A stretch of DNA of 44,433 nucleotides from Candidatus Parvarchaeota archaeon. Lineage in GTDB: Archaea; Nanobdellota; Nanobdellia; Parvarchaeales; Parvarchaeaceae. Made by a program: the position numbers and the translations under genes. The DNA lies in assembly GCA_027366075.1 (NCBI GenBank), contig DAHXLI010000012.1:1-44433 (forward strand), given 5' to 3'. The stretch's first letter is position 1. Each line of letters opens with the position of its first letter. Positions 41,627 through 44,433 of the stretch are shown here, one piece after another. The notes under the pieces were generated by a model. That model worked only from the letters and a program-made list of their open reading frames with translations. It ran no database searches and had not been told where the DNA came from.

Positions 41627-43714
41627 ATGCAGCTAATAATAGCAGAAAAAAGCACGGCCGCAGAGACTATAGCGAAAAACCTTGCAGAGAGCAGACTAAG
41701 AAGCGAGGAACTCGGTTTAGTTAAATTCTGGTTCACAAAAATAAATGGAGAAGACTCCGTTATAGTGCCACTGAAAGGCCACATAAAGGATGTAAGATAC
41801 CCTGAGACATTCAAAAAGTGGGAAGAGGCGACCTTGAACAAGCTTGTTGACGCAAGATTGGAATATGTCCCGATCGCTTTAGACAACATCGAAGTCATAA
41901 ACAAATTCGCAAAGAAGGCCGATAAGGTTATAATAGCGACGGACTATGATACCGAAGGCGAATCGATAGGCTTTGAAGCTATAGACGTAGTAAAGGCCGC
42001 AAATAAAAACGCACGATTCTTCAGAAGCGTTTTTTCTTCGCTCACGGCTAAAGAACTGCACGAGGCTTTTTCAGATCTAAAAAAACCCGATAAGAACCTG
42101 TCTGATAGCGCTGATGCCAGGAGAGAAATAGACCTCATGATTGGCGCCGTTTTGACGAGATTCATATCATTGGCCGCAGAAAGACTGGGTAATTCTTTCT
42201 TGTCTGTAGGGCGAGTCCAAACGCCGACGCTTACCCTGATAGTGGACAGAGACGCCGAAAGAAGGGCGTTTAAATCGCAGAAATATTGGCGCTTTACGGC
42301 TATCATAACTTCTGGAAAAGGATCATTCACTGCAGAATCAGTAGAAGACAAGATATTCGATGAGAAGATAGCTAACTCTATAAGAAAGATAAAGGATACA
42401 AAGACTGCAAATGTAAAAGAAGCTGTAAAAAAGGTCCGCGAAGTACTCCCTCCAAAGCCGTTTAACACTACGGGATTTTTACGAAGCGCCGCCGCAATCG
42501 GCTTTAGTGTCCCGAACGCGATGCGAATAGTGCAGGGGCTTTACATGAAAGGATACGTTTCTTACCCGCGTACAGACAGCGAAGTTTACCCGCCGACTCT
42601 TGATTTAAATGAAATCGTCGGTGAGTTGGGAAAATCCCCGCATTACAGCAAGTTCACAGAAGAGATAAAACGGGCGCCATTGCACCCAACAAAAGGAAAA
42701 GAAGCAAAGGACCACCCTCCTATACACCCAGTCATGCTGCCAAAAGAAAAGCTACCCGCGCAGGATGAAAAGATATTCGACTTGATTGCAAGAAGATTTT
42801 TAGCTACGCTATCAAACCCTTCGAAGGAAGAATTAATGAACATAAAACTAAACGTTGGAGGAAAGGAATTTTCTGCCCATGGTTCTAGAGCCATAATCCC
42901 AGGCTGGAGAAACGTTTACACATATTCTAAATATGAGGAAAATATTTTACCAGAACTAAAGAATGGCGATGTCGTAAAGATCAGATCTATTGATGAGATA
43001 GAAGACCAGACCGCACCGCCACCTCATTACTCTCAGGGCGGTATGATGAAAGTCATGGAAGATTCTAGGCTCGGAACCAAAGCGACTAGGCCAGAAATAC
43101 TGAAGAAACTTATGGAAAGGCGTTACATTTCTGCCAGTAGGGCATTAATACCCAGTGAAATGGCGTTTGCGGTCATAGAAAACTTCAAGAAAATATCAGA
43201 GGACTTGACGAGCCCCAAGCTTACGGCGGCGTTAGAGGACGAAATGAAAGAGATAGAGTCGGGTAAAAAGACCAAGGAAGAAGTCGTGGATGATTCTAGA
43301 AAAATGGTCAAAGAGATCCTAACAAAATTGATCAGTAAGAGAAAAGAAATAAAAGAACTTATGCATAAGGCATTACTGCAGCAATACATATACGGTAAGT
43401 GCCCAAAAAGCGGCGGAAATTTAAGAATGATAATATCAAAGAAGTCACATAAAAGATTCGTTGGCTGCGCGGATTACCCAAAATGTCATTTTGGGATGCC
43501 ACTGCCGCAATCTGGATATATATTCATCTCACCTCAGACGTGTACTAAATGCGGCATACATATGATCGAATGGCACGCAAAAGAAAGCAAAAGGACTTAT
43601 ATATTTTGCGTGAACCCCGCGTGCAAACCGAAGAAAGAGGATTTGAAACAAAAAAAGACGGCGGCCGCCAAAGCTAAAAAAGCAGAAATATCGATCTCTA
43701 AAAACAAAGAGTAA
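41627..43714 (+). CDS. topA: type IA DNA topoisomerase (Topo I/III-like) with two C-terminal Zn-ribbons and a Lys-rich tail
   Basis: Toprim domain MQLIIAEK...IIATDYDTEGESIG and active-site region GYVSYPRTDS. The Zn ribbons are CPKSGG...CADYPKC and CTKCG...CVNPAC. Confidence 0.9.
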   Translation: MQLIIAEKSTAAETIAKNLAESRLRSEELGLVKFWFTKINGEDSVIVPLKGHIKDVRYPETFKKWEEATLNKLVDARLEYVPIALDNIEVINKFAKKADKVIIATDYDTEGESIGFEAIDVVKAANKNARFFRSVFSSLTAKELHEAFSDLKKPDKNLSDSADARREIDLMIGAVLTRFISLAAERLGNSFLSVGRVQTPTLTLIVDRDAERRAFKSQKYWRFTAIITSGKGSFTAESVEDKIFDEKIANSIRKIKDTKTANVKEAVKKVREVLPPKPFNTTGFLRSAAAIGFSVPNAMRIVQGLYMKGYVSYPRTDSEVYPPTLDLNEIVGELGKSPHYSKFTEEIKRAPLHPTKGKEAKDHPPIHPVMLPKEKLPAQDEKIFDLIARRFLATLSNPSKEELMNIKLNVGGKEFSAHGSRAIIPGWRNVYTYSKYEENILPELKNGDVVKIRSIDEIEDQTAPPPHYSQGGMMKVMEDSRLGTKATRPEILKKLMERRYISASRALIPSEMAFAVIENFKKISEDLTSPKLTAALEDEMKEIESGKKTKEEVVDDSRKMVKEILTKLISKRKEIKELMHKALLQQYIYGKCPKSGGNLRMIISKKSHKRFVGCADYPKCHFGMPLPQSGYIFISPQTCTKCGIHMIEWHAKESKRTYIFCVNPACKPKKEDLKQKKTAAAKAKKAEISISKNKE

Positions 43715-43803
43715 ATTGATTTTTCATTTTTATAGCTAGCTATAATATTTGAACGGCGAAGCAAATAATCTAATAAATTTATGAATTAATCCTATGCGAG
43801 ATC

Positions 43804-44433
43804 TTAATCTTTCTTCTGCACGAGATCTGTACATCTTCCTGCGGCTATTGTAAGACCCATATCCCTTACAACAAAGCCTGCAAGCTGTGGGATTGTATCA
43901 GCTTTCTCTAGAGACAAAGGTTTTAGAGGCTCGAAGACGACTATCGCTGCGTCGCCTTGCTTTATAGTTGCCGGGTTCTCTTCTAAGACTGCACCGGTCT
44001 TAGGGTCAAGTTTCTTAAGAATCTTCTTGAATTTCACTGGGACCTGTGCGGTGTGCGTGTGAAGTACTGGACTGTATCCCGCGGATATAGCAGTCGGGTG
44101 TTGGAGGACTATTATCTGGCCGGTGAATTCTGTTACTACGGTCGGTGGACTTGAAACTAATCCAGCTACGTCTCCTCTTTTTATCTGTTCTTTTTCTATC
44201 CCCCTTACGTTGAAGCCGATATTGTCTCCTGGCCCTGCCTGAACAAGGTTTTGAAAGTGCATTTGAACAGATTTGACTTCGCCGCTTACATGCGAAGGTT
44301 CGAACATAATCTTATCTCCCGGCTTTATTACGCCGCTTACCACTTTACCGACAGGTACCGTCCCTACTCCTTGAATCGTATAAACATCTTCTATTGGCAC
44401 CCTTAAAGGTAAGTTAGTCGGTCTTTCTGGCAA
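43804..44433 (-). CDS. tuf: translation elongation factor aEF-1alpha, C-terminal domains II-III only; the 5' part lies beyond the right edge
   Basis: [38 protein letters not shown]...VKSVQMH...[10 protein letters not shown]...RGDVAG. The M in the track is an edge artefact. Confidence 0.9.
   Translation of the reverse strand: MPERPTNLPLRVPIEDVYTIQGVGTVPVGKVVSGVIKPGDKIMFEPSHVSGEVKSVQMHFQNLVQAGPGDNIGFNVRGIEKEQIKRGDVAGLVSSPPTVVTEFTGQIIVLQHPTAISAGYSPVLHTHTAQVPVKFKKILKKLDPKTGAVLEENPATIKQGDAAIVVFEPLKPLSLEKADTIPQLAGFVVRDMGLTIAAGRCTDLVQKKD

Noticed and set aside
1-44433. CRISPR arrays, IS elements, integrases, prophage or defence-island genes
   Set aside because: I found no spaced direct repeats of 25-40 nt. 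No transposase, integrase or recombinase-like ORFs are present. The only toxin-like gene is the solitary RelE homologue. Coding density leaves no room for an array.

Overview
The window is a densely packed, almost purely housekeeping stretch of an archaeal chromosome. Archaeal markers include aRF1, aIF2-alpha, aIF1/SUI1, Nop10, EndA, the PolD small subunit, L19e/L32e/S4e, RNase P Rpp29 and archaeal-type SAM synthetase. I call about 57 CDS and 3 tRNAs: Ala-UGC, Ile-GAU and initiator Met. I found no rRNA, CRISPR array, transposase or integrase. The core is a minus-strand gene run of about 17.5 kb (15374-32871). It holds a ribosomal-protein superoperon (L3-L4-L23 | Rpp29-S17-L14-L24-S4e-L5-S14-S8-L6-L32e-L19e-L18-S5-L30-L15-SecY-DUF106 insertase), preceded by PolD-DP1, two thymidylate kinase paralogs, a large pilin-headed surface protein and pyruvate kinase. 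Three genes are absent from the supplied ORF track and were found by direct reading: a truncated guaB at the left edge, nop10 (58 aa) and a 36-aa basic microORF. The fused PriS/PriL-CTD primase, eroded operon synteny, small proteins and fermentative enzymes (ADP-forming acetyl-CoA synthetase, pyruvate kinase) suggest a small-genome, DPANN-like archaeon, but this is inference only. I see no convincing multi-gene novel system such as a defence island. The most unusual locus is a 760-aa protein with a class III (type IV pilin) signal peptide fused to LamG/ConA-like lectin domains, which is compositionally distinct and wedged into a housekeeping operon. Other items worth a second look are a tmk paralog lacking the Walker-A lysine, a fused mini-primase followed by an uncharacterised gene, an orphan RelE-like toxin, an initiator-tRNA/metG unit, a DUF106 insertase with a glycosylated insertion, and missing blocks in the ribosomal cluster.
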